DNA of 64,000 nucleotides, from the NCBI GenBank assembly GCA_951406725.2, contig OX597840.1, positions 30,814,001-30,878,000 of the forward strand. Direction: 5' to 3'. Position numbers and translations under genes: made by a program. Of the stretch, positions 13,410-25,798 are shown in pieces; position 1 is the stretch's first letter, and each line of letters starts with the position of its first letter. Under the pieces are notes generated by a model, which made no database searches, had not been told where the DNA came from, and saw nothing but the letters and a program-made list of their open reading frames with translations. The DNA comes from Octopus vulgaris (Eukaryota).

Positions 13410-14042
13410 TGGGCCTCACCAAGGCAATGACTGGAAACATGCTGTGCTTGAGAAGACTCGGCAAGCTAAGTGAGACCATAACCTCATGGCCTATGCCAGG
13501 GGTGTAACCAGACCACTTATGCATGCCTTTCCTTCATTGGACACTAAACTCTGCTTTCAAAGACCTGTTGAGGCAAGTGAAATTGAAATCAAAATCAAAT
13601 TTGATGACTGGCATCTGTGCTAGTGGAGCACTAAGAGCACCATCCGAGTGTGATCGTTGCCAGAACAGCTGACTGGCTTCTGTGCCAGTGGCATGTAAAA
13701 AGCACCATTCAAGCGTGATCATTACCTGCGTCCCCTTACTAGCACTTGTGCTGGTGGCACAGGAAAAAACATTTGAGCGAGGTCGTTGCCAGTGCTGCTG
13801 GACTAGCTCCTGTGCAGGTGGCACATGAAAAGCACCATTGACTGGTCCTTGTGCTGGTGGCACGTCAAGGCACCCACTACACTCTCGGATTGGTTGGCGT
13901 TAGGAAGGGCATCCAGCTGTAGAAACTCTACCAGATCAGATTGGAGCCTGGTGCAGCCATCTGGTTCGCCAGTCCTCAGTCAAATCGTCCAACCCATGCT
14001 AGCATGGAAAGCAGATGTTAAACGATGATAATGATGATGATA
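13410..14042 (+). mobile_element. Family D non-autonomous retroelement (RTE-like 3' end, (GAT)n tail, internal GTGGCACGTAAAAAGCACC sub-repeats)
   Basis: Contains GGTTGGCGTTAGGAAGGGCATCC..GGACGTTAAACGATGATG. Copies at ~18180, 21514(-), 26820(-), 38173(-), 40469(-), 55308, 56205, 56445, 56690, 57195, 59305 and 62100(-). Confidence 0.8.
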
Positions 14043-14048
14043 TATATA

Positions 14049-14082
<34 letters not shown>

Positions 14083-14587
14083 CTTTATTTAAAAGCAGCA
14101 GAAAATTCAACAAAACCTGTTACTCTGAGTTTCATGTTCCCGTTCATCGGACAGTTTTTGCTAGCAAAACTGTCCGATGAACAAGAACGTGAAACTCAGA
14201 GTAACAGGTTTTGTTGAATTTTCTGAATTAAATAAAGCATATTACTCTACCCCTGGTATTTGAGTACTCTTTTTGTCACCTTGTTTCATACTTATGCGTT
14301 TACTCCAGTATATATAAACATATATATATATATAGGAAATAATGTAACATACATGAAAACAAGCAAGGGTTTGCATCTGGAAGGGCATCCCTCCATAGAC
14401 AACAACTTCAAGATGTCTCATCTAGTCTATCCCAACCTACTATAAAATAGTGGATAAAAAAGATGATAGATAGATAGATAGACAGACAAACAGATAATGT
14501 GTTTGTATTTACTATCTATTCTAGCCTTCACCTAATTTCTGTTAGACTTTGATAAGAGAAATAAGCATAATAATAATAATAATAATA

Positions 14588-14636
<49 letters not shown>

Positions 14637-15625
14637 CTATTATTATTATTATCATTATTGTTGTTGTTGTTATCATTTCTTTGATCTAGATTTACTCTTG
14701 TTATCAACAGTAATGATTAAATTAATGATTTAATTATGATTGTGTGAACTAAAGCATCCCATTTTCATTAATACAGCTGGCTTTGTTTATCTTAATTATT
14801 AATTTCTCTATCTGTCATCTTTGCATCTTTGTTTACTTAAACCCGGTTTTTTCTCTTTTATCCTTTTCTTTCTGTTTTTTTTATTGCATTATTCGTGGTT
14901 CAAATCTCACTGTGGTTGACTTTATGTTTCATCCACGTGAGGTGACAAAAGGACTTACAAACCAACGGATTTGTCAATACCTATTCGTCCATAATTTAAG
15001 GCCTTTTCATCATTATCGCTATTGTTTTAATATCCACTTTCCAAGGTGTGTCATTAAGAAGTTTACTTTGTCGTTTTGTGTTCAACCACACTGCGTGGCA
15101 CCTTGGGTAAAAATATCTTTTATTGTTAGCCTGGTTTGGTCTATGCTTTGTTAGTGGATATTAAAGAGATCCTCTTTAACCTCTCTCTCTGTTATATATA
15201 TATATGATGGCTGCCCCCTTGTTATCAAGTATGGCCATTGCACGAAGCTTAACTGTTATTGGTGCTATGATCGAATGTGACTTTTATTTGCTTTTTAAGG
15301 CTACAGCCAACCATTCAGTTGAAACTCAAAGCACCATCAACAATCATGAACAATGTTGTTATCATGCAATGCCTGTGCAAGAAGTGTTTTTTTAAAGTGA
15401 GGAAAGGCCGTGCACTGAGTCAATCCCACTCACTAAGCAACAGCAGCCATAAACGAAAAAGAAAAAGATGTTAGCATTAGGAAGGGCATCCAGCTGTAGA
15501 AACTCTGCCAGATCGGATTGGAGCCTGGTGCAGCCATCTGGTTCGCCAGTCCTCAGTCAAATCATCCAACCCATGCTAGCATGGAAAGCAGACGTTAAAC
15601 GGTGATGATGATGATGATATATATA

Positions 15626-15682
<57 letters not shown>

Positions 15683-16186
15683 TTTATTTAAAAGCAGCAG
15701 AAAATTCAACAAAACTTGTTACTCTGAGTTTCATGTTCCCGTTCATCGGACAGTTTTTGCTAGCAAAACTGTCCAACGAACAAGAACGTGAAACTCAGAG
15801 TAACAGGTTTTGTTGAATTTTCTGAATTAAATAAAGCATATTACTCTACCCCTGGTATTTGAGTACTCTTTTTGTCACCTTGTTTCATACTTATGCGTTT
15901 ACTCCAGTATATATAAACATATATATATATATAGGAAATAATGTAACATACATGAAAACAAGCAAGGGTTTGCATCTGGAAGGGCATCCCTCCATAGACA
16001 ACAACTTCAAGATGTCTCATCTAGTCTATCCCAACCTACTATAAAATAGTGGATAAAAAAGATGATAGATAGATAGATAGACAGACAAACAGATAATGTG
16101 TTTGTATTTACTATCTATTCTAGCCTTCACCTAATTTCTGTTAGACTTTGATAAGAGAAATAAGCATAATAATAATAATAATAATA

Positions 16187-16238
<52 letters not shown>

Positions 16239-16810
16239 CTATTATTATTATTATCATTATTGTTGTTGTTGTTATCATTTCTTTGATCTAGATTTACTCT
16301 TGTTATCAACAGTAATGATTAAATTAATGATTTAATTATGATTGTGTGAACTAAAGCATCCCATTTTCATTAATACAGCTGGCTTTGTTTATCTTAATTA
16401 TTAATTTCTCTATCTGTCATCTTTGCATCTTTGTTTACTTAAACCCGGTTTTTTCTCTTTTATCCTTTTCTTTCTGTTTTTTTTTTTGCATTATTGCGTC
16501 GGTTCAAATCTCACTGTGGTTGACTTTATGTTTCATCCACGTGAGGTGACAAAAGGACTTACAAACGAACGGATTTGTCAATACCCAATTCGTCCATAAT
16601 TTAAGGCCTTTTCATCATTATCGTCATTGTTTTAATATCCACTTTCCAAGGTGTGTCATTAAGAAGTTTGCTTTGTCGCTTGTGTTCAACCACACTGCAT
16701 GGCACCTTGGGTAAATATCTTTTATTGTAAGCCTGATTTGGTCTATGCTTTGTTAGTGGATATTAAAGAGATCCCCTTTAACCCCCACCTCTCTCTCTCT
16801 TATATATATA
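13900..16810. repeat. ~1.3-kb near-identical direct duplication (13900-15200 / 15477-16810)
   Basis: Identical 61-aa ORFs at 14260 and 15859 (offset 1599). Shared hairpin, microsatellites and unique sequence. Confidence 0.9.
14099..14225. repeat. ~60-bp-arm palindrome (second copy ~15698-15824; single arm at ~8368-8432)
   Basis: CAGAAAATTCAACAAAACCTGTTACTCTGAGTTTCA...TGAAACTCAGAGTAACAGGTTTTGTTGAATTTTCTG centred on TTTTGCTAGCAAAA. Confidence 0.9.
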
Positions 16811-16831
16811 TATACATACATCGCTTTTTTA

Positions 16832-17213
16832 AGCACTCCGTCGGTTACGACGACGAGGGTTCCGGTTGATCCGAATCAACGGAACAGCCTGCTCGTGAAA
16901 TTATCGTGTAAGTGGCTGAGCACTCCACAGACACGTGCACCCTTAACGTAGTTCTCGGGGATATTCAGCGTGACACAGAGAGTGACAAGGTCGGCCCTTT
17001 GAAATACAGGTACAACAGAAACAGGAAGTAAGAGTGAGAGAAAGTTGTGGTGAAAGAGTACAGCAGGGTTCACCACCATCCCCTGCCAGAGCCTCGTGGA
17101 GCTTTTAGGTGTTTTCGCTCAATAAACACTCACAACGCCCGGTCTGGGAATCGAAACCGCAATCCTATGACCGCGAGTCCGCTGCCCTAATCACTGGGCC
17201 ATTGCACCTCCAC
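16832..17213 (-). mobile_element. tRNA-derived SINE, family C (~385 bp)
   Basis: Head GTGGAGGTGCAATGGCCCAGTG..GGTTTCGATTCCC. Copies at 46985-47348(-), 48658-49042(+) and a partial one at 9828-9950(+). Confidence 0.85.
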
Positions 17214-17279
17214 CATACATACATACATACATACATACATACATACATACATACACACACACACTCATATATATATTGC

Positions 17280-17557
17280 AAATAAGAAAATGGAGGAGCA
17301 CAATAGTTGGTTCATCAACTTTAGGACATTAACTTATTTATTTATTAAACTGATAATTAAAATAACAATACATACATATAGCATATTATTATTCATGTTT
17401 TTTAATAATTGCTTTTATTCTCATTTTATATGCATAGAATAATATGCTATATGTATGTATGTTATTATAATTATCATTTTAATAAATATATAATTTAACA
17501 TTTTTAATGTCCTAAAGCTGATAAACCAACTAATGTGTTTCTCCATTTTCTTATTTG
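17280..17557. repeat. Imperfect AT-rich inverted repeat, ~115-bp arms
   Basis: AAATAAGAAAATGGAG..CATACATATAGCATATTATT pairs with AATAATATGCTATATGTATG..CTCCATTTTCTTATTT. Confidence 0.75.
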
Positions 17558-18120
17558 TATTATAAATTAATGGTAAAATATCTCTTTACCTTCACCTATT
17601 TAATACAATAGGTAAGTTAATTGCAATGCAATAAAAAACACTGGTGTATTAATAATTGGGTATTCTACCAGCAGTATATTGGATAAGTATTATTGGATAA
17701 GTATTATCCCTTAGTGGGTTGGATCCACAACCCATAACTTACTTGGAGTTATATATATATATATATATATTTATATATGAGACCCTCTTCAGTCATGACT
17801 GACAATGGGCTTGCACCTAAAAAGTTACCCTCCGAGGCACAAGTCTGGACAAGGTTGCTTATGGAAGACCAGCAGTCGCCCATGCATACCGGCTTCCCCT
17901 CTCCACGCCACCAGTGTTAACCTAGGGTAAGGCAAAGGGCCCGATACAGCTTGGCACCTGTGACATCGCAACTCATTTCTACATCTGAGTGAAGTGGAGC
18001 AACGAGCAACGTGAAATAAAGTGTCTTGCTTAAGAACACAACATGCAGCCCGGGACAGGATTTGAACTCACAACCTTGTGATTGTAAGCTCAATGATCTA
18101 ACGATTGAGCCATGTGCCTT

Positions 18121-18181
<61 letters not shown>

Positions 18182-18701
18182 CACCAACTGATCGTGGCCG
18201 TTGCCAGCCTCCCCTGGCACCTGTGCCAGTGGCACATAAAAGCACCCACTACACTCACGGAGTGGTTGGTGTTAGGAAGGGCATCCAGCTGTAGAAACAC
18301 TGCCAGATTTGACTGGAGCCTGGTGCAGCCGCCTGGCTTCCCAGACGCCAGTTGAACCGTCCAACCCATGCTAGCATGGAAAGCGGACGTTAAATGATGA
18401 TGATGATATTGTGTGTATACACGTTTACCTGTATGTGCCTGTGCACACACTCACACACACACACATGAATGCATGCACGATGTGCTGCTGAAAAGTTCCG
18501 GGCACTGAGTAAAAGAAAATACAGAAGGATCAGTTAATTATGATTTTATTCAACATATTCTCCTCTTACACTCACACACTTATTGCAATGGTCCTACAGT
18601 TTTTCTAGGCCCTGTACGAAAGAACTTGGAAGGTTGGGCCTAAACCAGGTCTTTTGTGATACCCTTAAAGCCAGGTACTTTTCAGCACCTCATTGTATAT
18701 A

Positions 18702-19213
18702 CCGTAAATCCTTGAGTATAGTCTGCCTTTGAGTATTATACGCAGGGGATTTTTAGGGGGCTGTACCTCCGAAAAACCTAAACCTTGTGTATAATACGCA
18801 CCCCTTCTCTAACTTCAGTCAAGGAAGTCTATATAACGCCCTTGGTTTGTAAAACTGTATACAGTAACGTCCTTTATTATTATTGTATATATAACATAAT
18901 GCAAACGTGTAGCTTTTTTGTGCATTTTGTTTGAAGAAAATAAAGAAATAACAGTAATAACGTTTAATAAATGTTGCTTACTGCAAGTTATGGATGATTC
19001 TTTTATGACTTCATTGCTTTCAAGCTTAGCTTAAGGTATTTTCGCACCCGACATCACAAAATGCGTCTGAATAAACATTGCCGGACAGCAAATAGAGACT
19101 CGGACATTGCTTAGAAAATATTTTTCATTTTTAACCTCGTATATAGTACGCACTAGGGATTTTGACCTTTAAATTTTGGGGAAAAAATGTGGATTATACT
19201 CGAGGATTTACGG
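18702..19213. mobile_element. Tc2/pogo-like MITE (~510 bp, TA TSD)
   Basis: TA|CCGTAAATCCTTGAGTATA...TATACTCGAGGATTTACGG|TA. Second copy at 47739-48252. Confidence 0.85.
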
Positions 19214-20533
19214 TATTTATCCTCAAAAGCAGATATTGTGCTTGAACACAGAATACTGCAATAGTTACACAAAGGGAATAGATATTACTTTCTTGCATTA
19301 AGACTGTTTCTATTGCTATCAATTATTTTCTTAATGATCCCACTGGTTGTTTGCGACACCAGTGTCTGAACAAACACTGTGATTCTGTGTATATTGCTAA
19401 TGGAGGAATCACGGTTATCTCTAGCTTCTACATAAACCAATGAATGGATTGACAGATAGAATGATTGCGTGGCACCTTGAGCAAGTGTCTTCTGCTATAA
19501 CCTCGGGCCGACCAAAGCCTTGTGAGTGGATTTGGTAGACGGAAACTGAAAAGAAGCCCGTCGTATATATGTATATATATATATATATATATGTATGTGT
19601 GAGTATATGTTTGTGTGTCTAAGGCGGCGAGCTAGCAGAAACGTTAGCACGCCGGACGAAATGCTTAGCAGTATATCGTCTGCCGCTGCGTTCTGAGTTC
19701 AAATTCCACCGAGGTCGACTTTGCCTTTCATCCTTTCGAGGTCGATTAAATAAGTACCAGTTACGCACTGGGGTCGATGTAATCGATTTAATTCGTTTGT
19801 CTGTCCTTGCCCCTTGTGGGTAATAAAGAATCAGTATATGTTTGTGTGTCTGTGTTTGTCCTCCTAGCATTGCTTGACAACCGATGCTGGTCTGTTTATG
19901 TCCCCGTTACTTAGCGGTTCAGCAAAAAGAGACCGATAGAATAAGTACTGGGCTTACAAAAGAATAAGTCCCAGGGTCAAGTTGCTCGATTAAAGGCGGT
20001 GCTCCAGCATGGCCGCAGTCAAATGACTGAAACAAGTAAAAGAGTAAAAGAGTATATATATCGATTGTCAGACAGAGAGACTATCTGGTAGAATAACAGA
20101 CATTTCCTATTAGGAGGAAAGTAACTTGTTAAAATTTAACAGAATAATGAAGATTTATTTGGAAATTTTCTTAAAAGAAATTTGAAGAATGGAGCACTCA
20201 TCATATTCAACTTGGCCTTCAACCATCAAAATTGCTGCCAATTTTAGAAAGAGTTGCTATTATTTCAAAGTCAGACAAAAATATTTCCAAAGAATTTCGT
20301 TATCTTTTTATTTATTCTGATTTTAAATTTCTTCTCAGACCAAATTTTGGCCTTCATTTCTCCAGAGTTGAAAAACAAGTACCTGTCAAGTACCAAGGGT
20401 GGCACAGTGGGTTCCTTGTGAGCCGGTGACAACATTGGAAATCAACCACTGTTATTTCTTTTACAAACAACCAAAATATGTCTCTCTCTCTCTTTCTAGT
20501 TTTTTCATTGATGTCTGTTTTTATATTCTTTAG

Positions 20534-20588
20534 TGATGTTCTATGCTTATGAAGACATTGGTAGTCTACATCCTGAAGATCCTTCAAG
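20534..20588 (+). CDS. Exon c (phase 1-2, 55 nt), cytoplasmic
   Basis: ttttatattctttag acceptor, AAG|gtaaag donor. Reads (M)MFYAYEDIGSLHPEDPS(R) and is the phase bridge needed between exons b and d. Confidence 0.8.
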
Positions 20589-20679
20589 GTAAAGAACTTT
20601 CTTTTAGTTATTCCTTATCATTTTCATTTGTTACAACATATTGTTTTCCTATACTATACTTTTTATATATACATATATA

Positions 20680-21235
20680 CTAGCAGCTAAGCCTGGTTTC
20701 ACCTGGTCTGTTTGGATGATATGGCTGTGATCGTTTTCAGTTAGGCATATGTAAATGAAAATTATGTTCACACATGTACATGGTAGCTAGACCTGGTAGA
20801 AATAGCCAAATCTCCCTCAAAACACCCTACTGTCTTAATCCGACAACTCTGCCTATTATGTAGTTTGAATGAGAAACTGTAACTAAAGATTAAGGCTATT
20901 AACCCCACAAAGAGGTGAAAGAGTGACAGCATAGCGAAAGTTTTGGCTGACTGTCATCCTGTATTCCCTGTGTTGCTAGTGAAGTGGTATATGCCAGCTG
21001 TGTGAGCAACTGGTTGTTTTAATGGTGGAACAAACAGGGAAATTCCATTAGAAGAGTTTTAATCGATTCTCTTGATAAGTATGGGGGCTAGAAACAAAAT
21101 ACAAACTGCATTCCAATCTATGCACCTGTCTCCACACGTGTGTCATTTTTCCTGTGAATCCACTCAGCCGTTTGGCTGTGAACCTGAAGACAAGAAAGAA
21201 TATAATGATCGCTCATGTCCAATTTATATTATAGA
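20680..21235 (-). mobile_element. Non-autonomous Helitron, second family, degenerate
   Basis: Minus strand A|TCTATAATATAAA start; CCAGGTGAAACCAGG..CTGCTAG|T end. Confidence 0.55.
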
Positions 21236-21990
21236 TAAATACATGCATGCACACACACACACGCACACACACACGAGTGGGGGGGGGGGTGCTGAAAAGT
21301 TCTTGGTTTTGGGTAAAAGAAAATACAAGGGGATCAGTTAATTATGATTTTATTCAACATATTCCTCTCTCAGATTCACACACTTATTGCAGCAGCCCTT
21401 CAGTTTTTCTAAGCCCTGTAACAGAACTTAGAAGGCTGGGCCTCCAACCAGGCCTTTCACGATACCCTTAAAGCTAGGCACTTGTCAGCTGCCCCTCATA
21501 TATGTTTATTTACATCATCATCATCATCATTTAGCGTCCGTTTTCCATGCTAGCATGGGTTGGACGGTTCAACTGGGGTCTGGGAAGCCAGAAGGCTGCA
21601 CCAGGCCCAGTCTGATCTGGCAATGTTTCTACGGCTGGATGCCCTTCCTAACGCCAACCACTCCATGAGTGTAGTGGGTGCTTTTTACGTGCCACCAGCA
21701 CAGGTGCCAGATGGGGCTGGCAAACAGCCACGGTCGGATGGTGCTTTTATAATTAGAAAGTCCTTGGTACAGTATTTAGTATTTTAAAAACTGAATGGAA
21801 GTGGATTTCTGTTAATTTTTCCTCTTTAATGATTAGATGTTTATAATCGTTTGTTAAGATGATTTTTTAAAAACAATAATTAATGAACATCTAAATATTA
21901 AAGTAAACAAATTATCTTTCACTTGTCTGTACTTATCTTCCATATCCCTATCTACCTGTTTATTCTTACCTGTTTATATTCCTCTTCTAG

Positions 21991-22087
21991 AAACAACCGC
22001 TTACAACAGACTCAGTTAACTTCACCTGAAGTAAGGAAAGCCACGAGTTACGGTTGCAAACAGGATGTGTCCATTTTAAAGACACAA
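21991..22087 (+). CDS. Exon d (phase 2-0); alternative in-frame donor at 22030
   Basis: cctcttctag acceptor. NNRLQQTQLTSPE|(gtaagg) or ..VRKATSYGCKQDVSILKTQ|gtatgt. The other two frames have stops. Confidence 0.75.
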
Positions 22088-22167
22088 GTATGTATTTGTT
22101 GCTTTTTTTATCTTTTTGATCATTGTCAACGTATTGGACATAACCTCATAATTGTCAATACATCTAC

Positions 22168-22690
22168 ATTTGACATACCGTCAGGGCATTTGTGTTTGAC
22201 ATTGCTTCATCATTGCCATTTGACATACCATCATCATAGTTCAGGTCATTTGTGTTTGACATAGCTTCATCATTGGCCTTTGACATACCGTCATCATAGT
22301 CAGGGCATTCGTGTTTGACATTGCTTCATCATTGCCATTTGACATACTGTCATCATAGCCACGGCATTTGTGTTTGACATTGCTTCATCATTACCATTTG
22401 ACATACCGTCATCATAACCAGGGCATTTGTGTTTGACATGGCTTCATCATTACCTTTTGACATACCGTCATCATAGCCAGGGCATTTGTGTTTGACATTG
22501 CTTCATCATTGCCCTTTGACATACCGTCATCATAGTCAGGGCATTCGTGTTTGACATTGCTTCATCATTGCCATTTGACATACTGTCATCATAGCCACGG
22601 CATTTGTGTTTGACATTGCTTCATCATTACCATTTGACATACCGTCATCATAGTCAGGGCATTTGTGTTTGACATTGCTTCATCATTACC
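22168..22690. repeat. 59-bp minisatellite, ~9 copies
   Basis: Unit TTTGACATACCGTCATCATAGYCAGGGCATTTGTGTTTGACATTGCTTCATCATTRCCA, made of two related halves. Confidence 0.95.
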
Positions 22691-23075
22691 AGCAACATAG
22701 CTTTGTAGTTGTCAATGTATCAGCGTTTGATATTCCTTCATTGTCAATCCATCAACATTTGACATGCCTACGTCATTGTTAATGCATTCATATTCGACAT
22801 ACTTTCGTCAATGTCAACATATTTGACATACCTTCAAGCTGCAATTCCCTATGTATTTATTTTGCATTGTCAGATAAATCTCTTCGTGCGTGCATGCATA
22901 TGTGTGTGTGTGGTTGTCCCCCACTGGTGTTGGTGTGTTTACATCCCTGTAACTTATTTTGTCTCTTTTGCCAAATCACTAACTACCATGCTTGATAAAA
23001 TAAAAATAACCAGTCGAATCATTGGACTAAAAAAATTCAAGGTAATGCCCCAGCATGGCCACAGTCTAATGACAA

Positions 23076-23106
<31 letters not shown>

Positions 23107-23911
23107 GGATTGGCTGTGTGGTAAGTAGCTTGCTTACCAACCTCACAGTTCCAGGTTCAGTCCCACTGCGTGGCACCTTGGGCAAGTGTCTTCTACTATA
23201 GCCTTGGGCCGACCAAAGCCTTGTGAGTGGATTTGGTAGACGGAAACTGAAAGAAGCCCGTCGTATATATGTATATGTATATATATGTGTGTATCTGTTT
23301 GTGTGTCTATGTTTGTCCCCCAACATTGCTTGACAACCGATGCTGGTTTGTTTATGTCCATGTAACTTAGCGGTTCGGCAAAAGAGACCAATAGAATAAG
23401 TACTGGGCTTACAAAGAATAAGTCCCGGGGTCGATTTGCTCGACTAAATGTGGTACTCCAGCATGGCCACAGTCATATGACTGAAACAAGTAAAAGAGTA
23501 AAGAGTATATATATATATATATATATATCATTAACACATACACACTCTTGTGGTGGGTGTATATAAAGTAGAGAAATTAACTAAGGGAAATAACTCAGAA
23601 TAGCCACTAGGATATATGTAAAGAGATCAAAGATGAATATGTTTATATCAAATGACATGTCTAGCAAGACCCATGGTTTTGGGTTCAGTGCCACAAACCT
23701 CAATGTTCCACCAAGGAATATTGGTGGAACATTCCCATGCAAAGTTCTATCAAATATAAACACAACTGACTCGATATTGTTGTTTTGAACTGACAGGAAA
23801 AAGTATGTACTATCATAGAGATTGAAGTACCAGTAATGATAAGGCTGTTGACTGGGAGAACACAAACATGGTTTAAACAGTAAGCTTGGCAGGAAAGAAA
23901 CGTTCCTTTAA

Positions 23912-24132
23912 CCCTTATGTTACCATATTCCTGTTGAGATGCTCTGTGTTTCTTTCAATTAATTTTAAATATAACAAAGAATTATTAAAATAACTTGGTT
24001 ATCATTAAGCTAGTGTTAGGAACATAAATTGTGACTAAGGTTTGGTGGAAGATTTTAATTCAAAACTTATGAAAACAAGACATTTGTACTACAGAGCCAG
24101 AGGCGGTTTCGGCCCAGTTGGTAATGAAAGGG
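23912..24132. mobile_element. piggyBac-like MITE
   Basis: TTAA|CCCTTATGTTACCA...TGGTAATGAAAGGG|TTAA: CCC/GGG ends with a TTAA TSD. Confidence 0.75.
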
Positions 24133-24420
24133 TTAAGCAGTACAAAAACAACAAAAAAATAGGAGCAGTTATGTACAGGTTGACGGAAGAAAAGCAGGAC
24201 AAAAACGGCTTTATTGATCGCATTTTCACCTGGAATCGATTTTTGTAATTCTTTCAAGACTTATACATGCCCTGATACCGTCGGTATCTACATATCATAT
24301 TTGAACGCAATCGGATTGAGGATGCCCGAAATCCTAGAAGACACACACACATTTAGACAGACAGAATGGATTTTATATAAGAGATGTATGTATACATCTA
24401 TCTATCTATCTATCTATCTA

Positions 24421-24469
<49 letters not shown>

Positions 24470-24473
<4 letters not shown>

Positions 24474-24704
24474 GCAGCGTGGAAGGTGTTTATAAGCCAT
24501 TTAAGAAACACACAAAAGCCGTTTGATTCTCTTCAACATTTAAGTTTAATTTGTCAAAATATTTTCGTCGCTAAAATCTGACAAAAATTCGCTCGGATTT
24601 TAGCGACGAAAATATTTTGACAAATTAAACTTAAATGTTGAAGTGAATCGAATGGCTTTTGTGTGTTTCTTAAATGGCTTACAAACACCTTCCACGCTGC
24701 AATT
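24470..24704. repeat. ~108-bp-arm inverted repeat, 17-nt loop
   Basis: AATTGCAGCGTGGAAGGTGTTT...GTCGCTAAAATC / GATTTTAGCGAC...AAACACCTTCCACGCTGCAATT with few mismatches. Confidence 0.9.
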
Positions 24705-24756
24705 GTTTTCGTTCCACCACACGATCTCAGATCAAATCACTTGCTATGCGAGTACA

Positions 24757-24808
<52 letters not shown>

Positions 24809-25067
24809 AGGGAAAGTTTACGAAAATAAACAAAAGAGGAAGGCAGGTGGAGTACAAACAAACAACTGTATTAGTATGGCACTCAGGAATAGAAAAAGTC
24901 TTTTATGTTTCGAGCCTACGCTCTTCGACAGAAAGATACACAGAAAAAAACAAGGAGAGAAAAAAAATGCATGTAGGAGCTACACACACACACACACACA
25001 CACACGCGAATGTATATATATGTATTTGGTATATTTCTACAGTCTCTTACTGATTTTGTATTCCTAG

Positions 25068-25209
25068 GATGCCAATTCCGATGGACCTTCTGCCGAAAGA
25101 GAAATTCAGAAAATTGATGCCAGTCAAGACAAGAATGTTTCTCCAGGATTTGTTCATCCAACATTCTGGCCGAAAGAATTAAAGACATCTTTTGGCGTTA
25201 AGCATATTG
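25068..25209 (+). CDS. Exon e (phase 0-1)
   Basis: ttcctag acceptor, G|gtaagt donor. DANSDGPSAEREIQKIDASQDKNVSPGFVHPTFWPKELKTSFGVKHI(G). Confidence 0.85.
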
Positions 25210-25484
25210 GTAAGTCAAAGTATTCCCTCGTACAACACCTGGTTTACCTTTACGACCCCAGTCACCTGATGAGTATGTTCTTTCTTTTATCGTTTTACTT
25301 GTTTCACTCATTTGACTGTGGCCATGCTGGAACACCACCTTAAAGGATTTTTTCTTAAAGAAATCAACTCCAAGACTTATTCTTTGTAAGCCCTCTTTTG
25401 CCGAACTGAAAAGTTACAGGGATGTAAACACACTAACACCAGTTATCAATCGATGGTAGGGGGACAAACAAAGGCACACACTCA

Positions 25485-25531
<47 letters not shown>

Positions 25532-25533
<2 letters not shown>

Positions 25534-25798
25534 TAGAAAAAAATCCCACCTTTTATCAATTCAATAATGAAAAGTTAAATTATACCATTTAGAAAAATTA
25601 CATATTATAGAAAGATTAAATATAAGATAAAACATATAACAATAATTAAGTAATGTGCAAAATAATAAATAAAACCAAATATATACATTTTATTTATTAT
25701 TTTGCACATTTCTTAATCATTGTTATATGTTTTATTTTTCTAAATGGTATAATTTAATTTTTCTTTATTGAATTGATAAAAGGTGGGTTTTTTCTAAT
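25532..25798. repeat. AT-rich inverted repeat, ~110-140-bp arms
   Basis: ATTAGAAAAAAATCCCACCTTTTATCAATTCAATAA..GTGCAAAATAATAAATAAAA / TTTTATTTATTATTTTGCAC..TTGAATTGATAAAAGGTGGGTTTTTTCTAAT. Confidence 0.85.

Noticed and set aside
25262-25300. CTGATGAG just after exon e (also CTGATGA at 6155, 36040, 54763, 55385)
   Set aside because: No properly placed GAAA with stems I-III, so not hammerheads.
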